A DNA stretch of 64,000 nucleotides, taken from assembly GCA_965602015.1 (NCBI GenBank), contig OZ271918.1, positions 1,760,001 through 1,824,000 on the forward strand, read 5' to 3'. The DNA comes from Salinispira sp. (GTDB taxonomy: Bacteria; Spirochaetota; Spirochaetia; DSM-27196; Salinispiraceae). The position numbers were made by a program, and so were the translations under genes. This document shows, one piece after another, positions 1 to 8,108 of this stretch (within the stretch, counting starts at the first letter, position 1; every line of letters begins with the position of its first letter). The notes beneath the pieces were generated by a model. It was not told where the DNA came from. It did not search any database and worked only from the letters and a program-made list of their open reading frames with translations.

Positions 1-588
1 TCCTCCCCCCATGAGCTCAGGTGCGGCGTAATCCGGCGTACCTGCGCCTCCTGACAGGGGGGATGGGCTGGCTTCCGCGGGCACATTATCTCCCCGGTGT
101 ACTGCGGTATCGGAAATGCTTCTCGCAAAACCAAAATCGCTGATCCGGAGGCTTCCGTCTGAGGAGAAGAGAATGTTATGCGGTTTGATGTCGCAATGAA
201 TGATTCCCAGCCGGTGAGCCGCATCCAGACCCTCGGCTATCTGCCTGGCAATTGAGAGGGCATCGGAAACCGGCAAGGCACCGAGGTCGAGAATTCTGTC
301 GCGAAGGTCGCCGCCGTCCAACAGTTCCATGGAAACGAAGAAATGTCCCGAATCCTCGTGCACCCCGAACACCCTGATTATTGCCGGGGAATCGATGCTT
401 TCGGTCAGATCGATCTCGTTGCGAATCAGTTTTCTTGCATTTTCATCCCGGGAGAGGTGGGGATGAAGAACCTTGATTGCGACGGACCTCCGCTTTGCTT
501 CATCATATGCCCGATAGACCGAGGATACCCCACCGGAACCGATGAGTTCCTGAACTAAAAAGCGGCCTGCCAGCACTGTCTGCTCCAT
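1..588 (-). CDS. Hanks-type Ser/Thr protein kinase, N-terminal part (runs off the window edge)
   Basis: Manual translation from ATG at 588 (RBS GGAGG): MEQTVLAGRFLVQELIGSGGVSSVYRA..VAIKVL..HCDIKPHNIL..ISDFGFA..GTPDYAAPE. Not in the ORF track. Confidence 0.93.
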   Translation of the reverse strand, partial: MEQTVLAGRFLVQELIGSGGVSSVYRAYDEAKRRSVAIKVLHPHLSRDENARKLIRNEIDLTESIDSPAIIRVFGVHEDSGHFFVSMELLDGGDLRDRILDLGALPVSDALSIARQIAEGLDAAHRLGIIHCDIKPHNILFSSDGSLRISDFGFARSISDTAVHRGDNVPAEASPSPLSGGAGTPDYAAPELMGGG

Positions 589-700
589 GTTACCTCCCGG
601 GACTCTATACTGTACCCATTTTGCGGACGGATATTCATTCTGCCCTTTTCCGGGCCGACTGGCAATGTTAAGATTCCATTGGAGATATTCATGAGGGATT

Positions 701-1411
701 ATGGAAAAAATTGAACGTCACCGGCCGAGCTCCCGCGATGTGGATTTAGCGCTGCGCTACCGGCCGAATGAAATCATGAATTACCTGGCGGATCTCGCGG
801 CCCGCCATGCGGAAGAAATCGGCTTCGGATATTACGATATGGATGCCCGGGGTATGTTCTGGGTAGTCCACCGCTTTTTGCTCGAAATCAAATCCCCACC
901 CCTGCTGGGAAGGGAACTGGAATGCATCTCAAGACCGTGGTTTCGCAAAGGATTAAAGGCCGACCGCCAGTTCATTCTCACAGATGGCGGCGTTGAGCTG
1001 CTGCGGGCTCACAGTTTGTGGCTCCTGGTCAGCAAAGAGAGCCGAAGACCCCTGCCCCTGCATCGCCACTTTGAGATTGTAGGAGAGCCGTTATTTGAGG
1101 ACGACCTGAGCTACCGGGGTCCCGAGCTTATGCCTGGCGAAAGACAGGCCGGAAGAACCGTGGCATATTCAGATGTCGATATGCACGGCCACTGCAACAA
1201 CTCCCGTTATGTCAGCTGGTGTCTGGACTGCTTTGAAGCCGGCTTTTGGGAGCATAATTATCCCCGGACAATGGATGTGCTCTTTCAGCGTGAGAGTTTT
1301 GCCGGCGATGACATCGATATTTATATACAAAGCTCAGGCCGCCATTACCGATTCGACGGCATGAGGGAAAACGACACAATTTTCACCTACTACATGACGT
1401 TGTCAGATTAG
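701..1411 (+). CDS. Acyl-ACP thioesterase (double hotdog fold)
   Basis: SDVDMHGHCNNSRYVSW motif; N-terminal DVD..RP..IMNYL; 236 aa. Confidence 0.85.
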   Translation: MEKIERHRPSSRDVDLALRYRPNEIMNYLADLAARHAEEIGFGYYDMDARGMFWVVHRFLLEIKSPPLLGRELECISRPWFRKGLKADRQFILTDGGVELLRAHSLWLLVSKESRRPLPLHRHFEIVGEPLFEDDLSYRGPELMPGERQAGRTVAYSDVDMHGHCNNSRYVSWCLDCFEAGFWEHNYPRTMDVLFQRESFAGDDIDIYIQSSGRHYRFDGMRENDTIFTYYMTLSD

Positions 1412-1446
1412 CAAGTTTTTGCTATGTTAATTGTGTAATGATTTCA
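1400..1446 (+). promoter_or_regulatory. Sigma70 promoter of perR plus a Fur/PerR-type operator over the start codon
   Basis: TTGTCA(1400-1405)-N17-TATGTT(1423-1428) with TG extension; TGTAATGATTTCA at 1434-1446. Confidence 0.6.
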
Positions 1447-1863
1447 AATAAGGAAAGGTCAACAGAGCACTTACGGGAGCACGGAATCAGCCCCTCGTAT
1501 CCCCGCAAGCGCATTCTCGAGTATTTGGTGGAAAAGCACAACCACCCGACGGTCTCGCGGATATACCTCGACCTGGTGGATGAAATACCGAGTCTTTCGA
1601 AAACCACGGTATACAACACCCTCAAACTCTTCTGCGAACAGCGCATAGCGGAGGAGATTACTATCGAGGGCAATGAAAAGCGCTATGATTTATTTAATCC
1701 CCGCCAGCATGCCCACTTCAGATGCGATATCTGTGGGGAACTGTTCGACATAGAACTTGAAACGCCGGTAGCCAGCGCATCGAGCCTGCGGGGCTACAGC
1801 GTGAGGCAACAGAGCATACACTTCAGCGGTACCTGCCCCGCCTGCAGCTCACAAACCGAATAA
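1438..1863 (+). CDS. perR: Fur-family repressor, PerR-like
   Basis: HPT..IY, SKTTVYNTL, HAHFRCDICG and GTCPAC zinc motifs; directly upstream of dps. Confidence 0.82.
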   Translation: MISNKERSTEHLREHGISPSYPRKRILEYLVEKHNHPTVSRIYLDLVDEIPSLSKTTVYNTLKLFCEQRIAEEITIEGNEKRYDLFNPRQHAHFRCDICGELFDIELETPVASASSLRGYSVRQQSIHFSGTCPACSSQTE

Positions 1864-1923
1864 TTTCGGAATTGCCTTCTTAGTTTCCCGCTATTTGCCA
1901 CGCATAGTTTTTTCAGATTTTTC

Positions 1924-1968
1924 TTGACCCAGCTTGGGTGTTATTGTATTTTTTTTGTAATGATTACA
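1924..1968 (+). promoter_or_regulatory. dps promoter and perfect palindromic operator TGTAAT-G-ATTACA
   Basis: TTGACC(1924-1929)-N17-TATTTT(1947-1952); palindrome at 1956-1968. Confidence 0.65.
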
Positions 1969-2005
1969 TTTTTTAATCGAAATCAATAATTTAAAGGAGC
2001 AGCAC

Positions 2006-2479
2006 ATGAGCGCAGCGTACATGAACAATGATGAAGCCAAACTGGCTGGCGTAGCCAAGGAACTCAACAATTACCTCGCAAATCTGGGACTATTGGACAT
2101 TAAACTCCACAATCTTCACTGGAACGTCGAAGGCAAAGAGTTTTTTTCGGTACACGCCAAACTCGAAGAATTTTACGACTATATCGGCGATGATCTCGAC
2201 GATGTGGCAGAACGGGTTCTCACCCTTGGGTTCAGACCTTTGGCTAGCCTGAAAGATTTCCTGGCCAATGCCACCTTAAGCGAGCTTGAAAGCACGGCAA
2301 TCGCCCCGATGGAGTCGTTAAAAATAGTGACGGCAGATTTTACGGTCATGCTTGAGCAAACCAGGAAGGTATTATCGCTAGCCGAAGATGCGGGCGACCA
2401 GGGCACGGTGGATCTCATGGCAGGGTACGTCGGCCGGTATGAGAAGACGCTCTGGATGCTTCACTCCACGCTCAAGTGA
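2006..2479 (+). CDS. dps: Dps DNA-protecting ferritin-like protein
   Basis: KLHNLHWNVEG.EFFSVHAKLEEFY..DDVAERV..LG, EKTLWML; RBS AAGGAG. Confidence 0.95.
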   Translation: MSAAYMNNDEAKLAGVAKELNNYLANLGLLDIKLHNLHWNVEGKEFFSVHAKLEEFYDYIGDDLDDVAERVLTLGFRPLASLKDFLANATLSELESTAIAPMESLKIVTADFTVMLEQTRKVLSLAEDAGDQGTVDLMAGYVGRYEKTLWMLHSTLK

Positions 2480-2503
2480 AGCAATAGCGTGCTACACAAT
2501 GCA

Positions 2504-3175
2504 TCAGGTCATCGCCGCCCGAATTGAAAGGAGCTGCATGACAAAGTGAACCGCCGCACCACCCAAAATAAACAGGTGAAAGATTTCATGGAAGGCGAAC
2601 AGCGCCCCCGATTTTCGGGGGCGTTTTATTGCATATATGACAGCCCCGATTGTATAAAGCACTCCGCCGCCGAGCATGGACCAAAAAATTTCCGGTGGCA
2701 TAATGCCGGACAGTGGTACTATTGCCCCAATGGCCACCCAACCCATTAAAACATAGATGAGCGGTGCAACCCAGCGCGGAGGCTTGGCGACAATGAGTTT
2801 ATACAGCACGCCGATGAGGGTCAGGCCCCACTGAAGCGCGAGAACAAGGACCCGCCAGGGGTCTTCATACCAAATGTACACTATGGGCGTATACGAACCG
2901 GCGATCATCACAAAAATCGCCATGTGATCCAGGATGCGACGGGTAGACTGTTCATTTTCCCGTTCTTTGTAATAGTGATAGCGGGCGCTTGAAAAAAACA
3001 TAAACATCGCCGATGCGCCGTACACACCGGATGCCGCGAGCAGATCCGGATGTCCCCACGCGCTAAGAACAAGCCAGATTGTCAATCCGATCCATATAAT
3101 AAACCCGGCAAAGTGAGTCAGGTAATTGACCCGCTCTCCCTCAAGCCGGGGGGTAATCGCTTCAGAAAAATTCAT
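2504..3175 (-). CDS. Hemolysin III / PAQR (TrhA-like) membrane protein
   Basis: ERVNYLTH, SARYH, LDHMAIFVMIAGSYTP, FHEIFHLF; about 7 TM. Confidence 0.9.
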   Translation of the reverse strand: MNFSEAITPRLEGERVNYLTHFAGFIIWIGLTIWLVLSAWGHPDLLAASGVYGASAMFMFFSSARYHYYKERENEQSTRRILDHMAIFVMIAGSYTPIVYIWYEDPWRVLVLALQWGLTLIGVLYKLIVAKPPRWVAPLIYVLMGWVAIGAIVPLSGIMPPEIFWSMLGGGVLYTIGAVIYAIKRPRKSGALFAFHEIFHLFILGGAAVHFVMQLLSIRAAMT

Positions 3176-3234
3176 GGGACAAGATTACAGGAGAATGCCA
3201 GGTTTTCCCAGTGGTACCCGAAGTCTTGAGGTAT

Positions 3235-4284
3235 TTATGACTTTTTTTTATAGAGCAGTTCATCTGCGCTGTGAATGACCTGCTTCACCGTTTTACCGCG
3301 ACTTCCCGCAATTCCATAGACTATAGAAAAACCCAACTGTTTGTACGGTTCGCAAAAGTCCCTGAACAGGGAATCGAGCTCCCTCATCCGGTTTTGAGCT
3401 CCCGGTTCCTCGGTTTCAGGAAAAACCATAATGAACTCATCTCCGCCGTAGCGGGCGCAGATATCATAGCTGCGGATATTACTATGTATCAGCGAAGCAA
3501 GGTCGCTGAGAATCTGGTCGCCGAAGTGACGGCCAAACTCTATATTGAGCTGTTTGAAGTTGTTTAGCCCGATAATCACCAGGCTGTAGTTCTTGCCAAT
3601 GCGCATGGCTCTGTCGTGTTCCCTATCCATATAATCAAGAAAGAAACGCTTATTGTACAAGCCGGTCAAATCATCGTGGATGCTGAGTTCATACACATCG
3701 CGGGTGAAGCGGGCATGCCGCTTTATCATATATATCGTTGAAGCAACCACCGCCCCGGATGCCACGGTAAAATTGAGACTCAAGTCCTGCATTCGGTACG
3801 CCTGATCACCATAGGCGGGAAACAACTCGGGAAACCATAATTCACTATGAAACAAAAACGGCATTTGAATGATCATGAGAGCGGGAAAAACGTATTCCCA
3901 GCTATTGCGGGCAGCAACAGTAGTGATAAACGCCGCAAGAAGAACCAGGTAGGGCATTGCCGAATCTGCTCCCGGAGACGTGAGATACCCGAAGGGCACC
4001 CACAAGACCGACAACACGATGAGAAAACTAAGCCGGGCAGCGGTGTACCACCCACCGCCCTTCTTTGCCATAAAATACCACAAAAGCGAAAGCAGCAGAA
4101 TTGCTGCACCGGTAATTATATTTACCGGAGGTCTGCGATTTATCAGATTTACCAACGCAAATAGCAGGCCGAGTGATGCCGTAGCCAGGCAGTAGACTTT
4201 AAACATGAGGTATCGAATGTCGTGGTCGTCATTTCCCGGCATCGGGGAAATCATTCCGCCTCCCGGATCCAGGGGATCCTTCAC
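3235..4284 (-). CDS. Membrane-anchored GGDEF-domain protein
   Basis: About 5-6 TM, then HDDLTGLYNKR, RYGGDEF, ADELLY; start uncertain. Confidence 0.88.
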   Translation of the reverse strand: MKDPLDPGGGMISPMPGNDDHDIRYLMFKVYCLATASLGLLFALVNLINRRPPVNIITGAAILLLSLLWYFMAKKGGGWYTAARLSFLIVLSVLWVPFGYLTSPGADSAMPYLVLLAAFITTVAARNSWEYVFPALMIIQMPFLFHSELWFPELFPAYGDQAYRMQDLSLNFTVASGAVVASTIYMIKRHARFTRDVYELSIHDDLTGLYNKRFFLDYMDREHDRAMRIGKNYSLVIIGLNNFKQLNIEFGRHFGDQILSDLASLIHSNIRSYDICARYGGDEFIMVFPETEEPGAQNRMRELDSLFRDFCEPYKQLGFSIVYGIAGSRGKTVKQVIHSADELLYKKKS

Positions 4285-4344
4285 ATTATCGGCCCAATAT
4301 CCCTCGGCATCGGCTCAGTATCGTCTGGTTGGTTCATGAGCTCA

Positions 4345-4737
4345 TCACTCTACCAGGGCATAGCTCAGCACAGCCGTTGAGGTGTACACGATGAGGTTTT
4401 GCGGCGAAGCGTAATCGATGAACACCCTGAGGTCTTCTTCCCCCGGGAGAGCCAGCGGATACACCTCGGAATTTTCGCCGAACCGTCTGGCCTGGGAAGC
4501 CAGAAGCTCCCCCTCGATTTCCTCGGAGAGGAAAGAAAAGACCAGGCGATAGGAAATGCTCTCTGAGCCCCGTATAAAATTGGGAAACTCAATCCTGTCG
4601 GGAAAGGGCAGCTCAGGATCAAGCTCGAGACTTTGTCCTTCCACATAGACGAAATTAAGGATGTACAGCGCTTCATCGGCGAAGGATAGCTGAGCAACAA
4701 GAATGCAAAAGATGAGAACCGCGGCAATTTTTTTCAT
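4345..4737 (-). CDS. Hypothetical exported protein
   Basis: MKK + hydrophobic signal peptide (LSFA/DE); upstream TATACT and GGGGG RBS. Confidence 0.7.
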   Translation of the reverse strand: MKKIAAVLIFCILVAQLSFADEALYILNFVYVEGQSLELDPELPFPDRIEFPNFIRGSESISYRLVFSFLSEEIEGELLASQARRFGENSEVYPLALPGEEDLRVFIDYASPQNLIVYTSTAVLSYALVE

Positions 4738-4817
4738 GATGAATCCCCCATCAGGAACAAGTATAGCCGCAGAAGCCGGTGCTTTCCAGAGGGTATAGGC
4801 CGCTATCGCTCTATCAC

Positions 4818-5912
4818 TCAGCGAACCCGGACATAATCAAACGGGTAGCTCTGGCTTTCCGACTGATCGCCAAAAACAGCCTCAGACTCGTCTCCCACAT
4901 TTATCCTGGTGAAACCGCTTATGCTGTCGAAGGCGCTGCTGTCAGGCATCGCACTAAAATCATTGGTCAGAGCAAGATCGTAATCAGAGCCGTTTATCTC
5001 GCCTCTTCTCACAAGTTGGGAAAACCGCCAGCCATAACTTCCGTTGAAATCGTCCCAGTTGCTCGTTCGTCCGACGTAAAACTCACCGGACCCCCGATCA
5101 AAGGTCAGGGTCATAAACATAACCTCGTCGGGAGAAAATTCATCGGCGACAGCTCCGCTGAGGGCAGTATTTGGATCGTTGCTGGAATTGTCCTGGGCTA
5201 CCACGTATGTTTCCACTTCGAGGTCGCGGTTTATGGCCACATAGAGGGGCAGATAGGTCAGACCAACGACGGCGGTGCCGCCGGGGAATGCTGTGGGATC
5301 ATTGAGATGTTCCGTTGCGACAAAACCCAGCCTGCTTGCCTCACTACCGTCCCAATAGTAAACCGTTTTGTACGTGTCGACCAAAAGAGACAGCTCTATG
5401 CTCTCGAGCTCAAGAATATTAATGGATTCGGGAAGAAAAGTCGTTTCCACAGCCCGGCCTCCATCCCTGGGGAAATACACATAGTCGTACGCAAGGTAGT
5501 CGTAGTCCGTTGGCTCGGCCCAGTCGCTGCCGTCTGCAGAAACACGGGTCTCAATACCCGACTGACTGGTATAGACAAAATGACCTTGCGACTCGATGTA
5601 GGCATACGCCTTTACCGCCGAACCGCCTGCAGTAAAAATCTGTATAGTTGAGATATCCTGAGTGACCGCTTCTTCATCAAAAAACGTCACTTCAAGGTCC
5701 TGATTGAATGCATTGGAAAGGTCATCTGAAACCAAATCGATGGTCGAATTTACGCTGATTGAAGCCACATTGACAAAATCGTCAATGCCGCCGTTTCCCA
5801 ACTCTATGCCTTCAATGGTCAATCGGATTCCATCTATATTCATAAATACATAGTCTGCACTCAATGCGGCGCCGAGTATGCAAAGAACTGCAAAGATACT
5901 ACACCGTTTCAT
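4818..5912 (-). CDS. Hypothetical exported acidic protein
   Basis: Signal peptide MKRCSIFAVLCILGAALSA; AGGAGG RBS; D/E-rich, beta-rich, 364 aa. Confidence 0.75.
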   Translation of the reverse strand: MKRCSIFAVLCILGAALSADYVFMNIDGIRLTIEGIELGNGGIDDFVNVASISVNSTIDLVSDDLSNAFNQDLEVTFFDEEAVTQDISTIQIFTAGGSAVKAYAYIESQGHFVYTSQSGIETRVSADGSDWAEPTDYDYLAYDYVYFPRDGGRAVETTFLPESINILELESIELSLLVDTYKTVYYWDGSEASRLGFVATEHLNDPTAFPGGTAVVGLTYLPLYVAINRDLEVETYVVAQDNSSNDPNTALSGAVADEFSPDEVMFMTLTFDRGSGEFYVGRTSNWDDFNGSYGWRFSQLVRRGEINGSDYDLALTNDFSAMPDSSAFDSISGFTRINVGDESEAVFGDQSESQSYPFDYVRVR

Positions 5913-5921
5913 CTCGACCTC

Positions 5922-6056
5922 CTACAACACATCCACATTTACATTGATAATAAAGGGCTCAGTGTCCGGCGGCGTTTGGTCCAAGGGTTCGGGAACGCAG
6001 GAAATGACGAGCAAAAGGCAAAGGAAAATAAGCAATGACAGCAGTAATTTGATCAT
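5922..6056 (-). CDS. Small (44 aa) putative lipoprotein, not in the ORF track
   Basis: GAGGAGG RBS; MIKLLLSLLIFLCLLLVISC-VPEPLDQTPPDTEPFIINVNVDVL*; its stop overlaps the RBS of the next gene. Confidence 0.7.
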   Translation of the reverse strand: MIKLLLSLLIFLCLLLVISCVPEPLDQTPPDTEPFIINVNVDVL

Positions 6057-6214
6057 GACTCCTCCTCGGTCTATGACATATGGTATGATTCGCTGGTAAA
6101 ACCATGAGGATAGGCTTTGGGAATATTAGGTAAAGCATAATACATGCGAGGATATGGCGGAGTACTTTCTCACTATTTTACTAAAGAAATTGCGTAGAAT
6201 CGGCATGTCATCAG

Positions 6215-7342
6215 TTAGCCCGGGATATTCACCGTGCAGCGGGAGACTTCAAGATCGACGGCGGGACCCGTACTTGCGCGGTTCCAGCGCTGCACAAAGC
6301 GCTTTCTCGGGGTTATCGATGCTCCCATCCGGGTTTTGTAGTCCATGTGCGGATGGCCGAGATTCCAGAACATAACGCCCCTGTTTTTCAGGTGGTCCGC
6401 AAGAGCATAGAGCTGCAGCTTACCGAAATTATTCCACTCGGGCACTCCCCGGTGGAAAAAACCGCTGAGAGAAGTGTAGGTTTTTCCGATGCTGTACCCC
6501 AATTCGCCGGCAGCCGGATATCGGTGGCTTGTTCCGCCACCCTGCCCGGGTTGCGGGGCTTTTTGCGCATGCAGTATTACAGACCATAGCCTGAAATTCC
6601 GGTCGATACCCCTGGATGTTTCCTCGCTCAAGCGCTTCAAAAGATCGATATAGGGTCCGCACAGCCAGCTTTTGGCGCCCCACACCCGGTTTAGCTGCTC
6701 AACGGCGGGGATTGGATCGTCGATTATCAAAAGTCGGACATCAAGTTCCTGGGCGATTCCCCGTTTCACAATTCGTTTGACAGCAGGGTCCGGACGGAGC
6801 GACTGCCAGTCGAGAACCGCATAGTCCTTTTGCAACTCGGGGATGAGCATCATCCGTCCCTCATCATTGTAGCTTGTTGAAATAAACCCCAGTTTGGCCT
6901 GCCTGCGATAAAAATCCGGGCTCCAGTCATCGCTCCAAAAGAGGTCCTGAGATTCGCCTTCGACAATACGCGTTTGAAGGTCGGGGGTCAGTTCGCGAAT
7001 GTCCAGACGCGGTATGCTGCCCGGGAGACGGAGATTCGACAAATCCCAGGCCAGGCCGCCGTCATCCGGCAGATCCGACGAGATTAACTCGAGCGCCCGC
7101 TGGGCCCGGGGTTGGTGTACCTCCTCAATTTCATTAAGAACCCCGGTTTGCCCCGCAATGCGGAGGCTGCCGGTGCAAACGATGATTGCGCTCTCGGGAG
7201 TGCTGAGGAAGAGGTAGAAAACCCCGGTTTGAGATGTCTCCTTTTTTCCGGGATCCACACTTATCAGGCCAAAAGAACTGCGATGGGTCGGTGCATGGCG
7301 GCGAAGCAGGTCGTCGAGGGCATTGCTGTCAGGGGCATCCAT
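6215..7342 (-). CDS. Divergent leucyl/phenylalanyl-tRNA-protein transferase-like (GNAT-fold) protein
   Basis: C-terminal AGELGYSIGKTYTSLSGF, GKLQLYAL..HL, WNLGHPHMDYK..MGA...R..F. Start moved to 7342 to avoid overlap with the divergent Nudix gene. Confidence 0.6.
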   Translation of the reverse strand: MDAPDSNALDDLLRRHAPTHRSSFGLISVDPGKKETSQTGVFYLFLSTPESAIIVCTGSLRIAGQTGVLNEIEEVHQPRAQRALELISSDLPDDGGLAWDLSNLRLPGSIPRLDIRELTPDLQTRIVEGESQDLFWSDDWSPDFYRRQAKLGFISTSYNDEGRMMLIPELQKDYAVLDWQSLRPDPAVKRIVKRGIAQELDVRLLIIDDPIPAVEQLNRVWGAKSWLCGPYIDLLKRLSEETSRGIDRNFRLWSVILHAQKAPQPGQGGGTSHRYPAAGELGYSIGKTYTSLSGFFHRGVPEWNNFGKLQLYALADHLKNRGVMFWNLGHPHMDYKTRMGASITPRKRFVQRWNRASTGPAVDLEVSRCTVNIPG

Positions 7343-7424
7343 TGGGAAAGTATGCACCATTGGAGGTTCAGCCACAAGAACTGAATCGTCGCCCGCTCCG
7401 GCCAATTTTATTATACTGCAAGCA

Positions 7425-8108
7425 ATGACTATTGATGAAATGAAGGTAATTCTCAGCCAGATTAGCTCTACTCCAGGGCGGATAATCGGATCCACGGAAT
7501 ACCGGGCGTCCTCGGTGGTCATCCCCCTTATACCCGGAAAGCGATTAGAAGATTGGCAGATATTGTACGAGAAGCGGGCGGCTCATATACCCCAGGGCGG
7601 CGAGAGCTGTTTCCCCGGAGGCAAGCTCGACCAGGGGGAGAGTCCGTTTGAAGCGGCGTTCCGCGAGCTTGATGAGGAGACGGGAATCACCGAGACCCAT
7701 ATCCTGTTTTCCGGATTCTACGGTACCCTGGTGAATCCCGGTGGCCGGCTACTGTACATCTACTATGCAGGCATTCATCCGGACGTCCAAACCAGGCCGA
7801 ACGAAGAGGTGGAAAAGCTTTTTACCCTCAGCCTGGGACAGCTCCTGGAGGCGGAAATTTCCGAGTACCATATTGCGACGAGCTTCACCAGTGATCCCGA
7901 TGATCGGGGCATTCCCTATAGCCGGTATAATCTGGGCTCTCCCTACCAAAGCTCCTGGAGAGGTGCTGATTTGCCGGTGTACTTTTACGAGGGTATGGAA
8001 AATCTGGTGTGGGGCATGACTGCGAAGATTACCCGGGACTTTGTACAAGACGTGTTTGGCGCAGCGCGTTCACAATCCGCTGGCAAAGCTACCCGGAATT
8101 TGCTCTGA
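7425..8108 (+). CDS. Nudix hydrolase, CoA pyrophosphatase (NudL/PCD1) type
   Basis: EKRAAHIPQGGESCFPGG..GE..EAAFRELDEETG Nudix box, NEEVE, VWGMTA; start re-assigned to ATG 7425. Confidence 0.88.
   Translation: MTIDEMKVILSQISSTPGRIIGSTEYRASSVVIPLIPGKRLEDWQILYEKRAAHIPQGGESCFPGGKLDQGESPFEAAFRELDEETGITETHILFSGFYGTLVNPGGRLLYIYYAGIHPDVQTRPNEEVEKLFTLSLGQLLEAEISEYHIATSFTSDPDDRGIPYSRYNLGSPYQSSWRGADLPVYFYEGMENLVWGMTAKITRDFVQDVFGAARSQSAGKATRNLL

Noticed and set aside
343..558. 71-aa plus-strand ORF
   Set aside because: Shadow of the minus-strand Ser/Thr kinase.
4779..5651. 290-aa plus-strand ORF
   Set aside because: Antisense to 4818-5912, which has a signal peptide and a strong RBS.
7323..7522. Apparent 200-bp head-to-head overlap of the transferase-like and Nudix ORFs
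   Set aside because: Artefact of longest-ORF starts; internal ATGs at 7342 and 7425 with proper -10 spacing remove the overlap.
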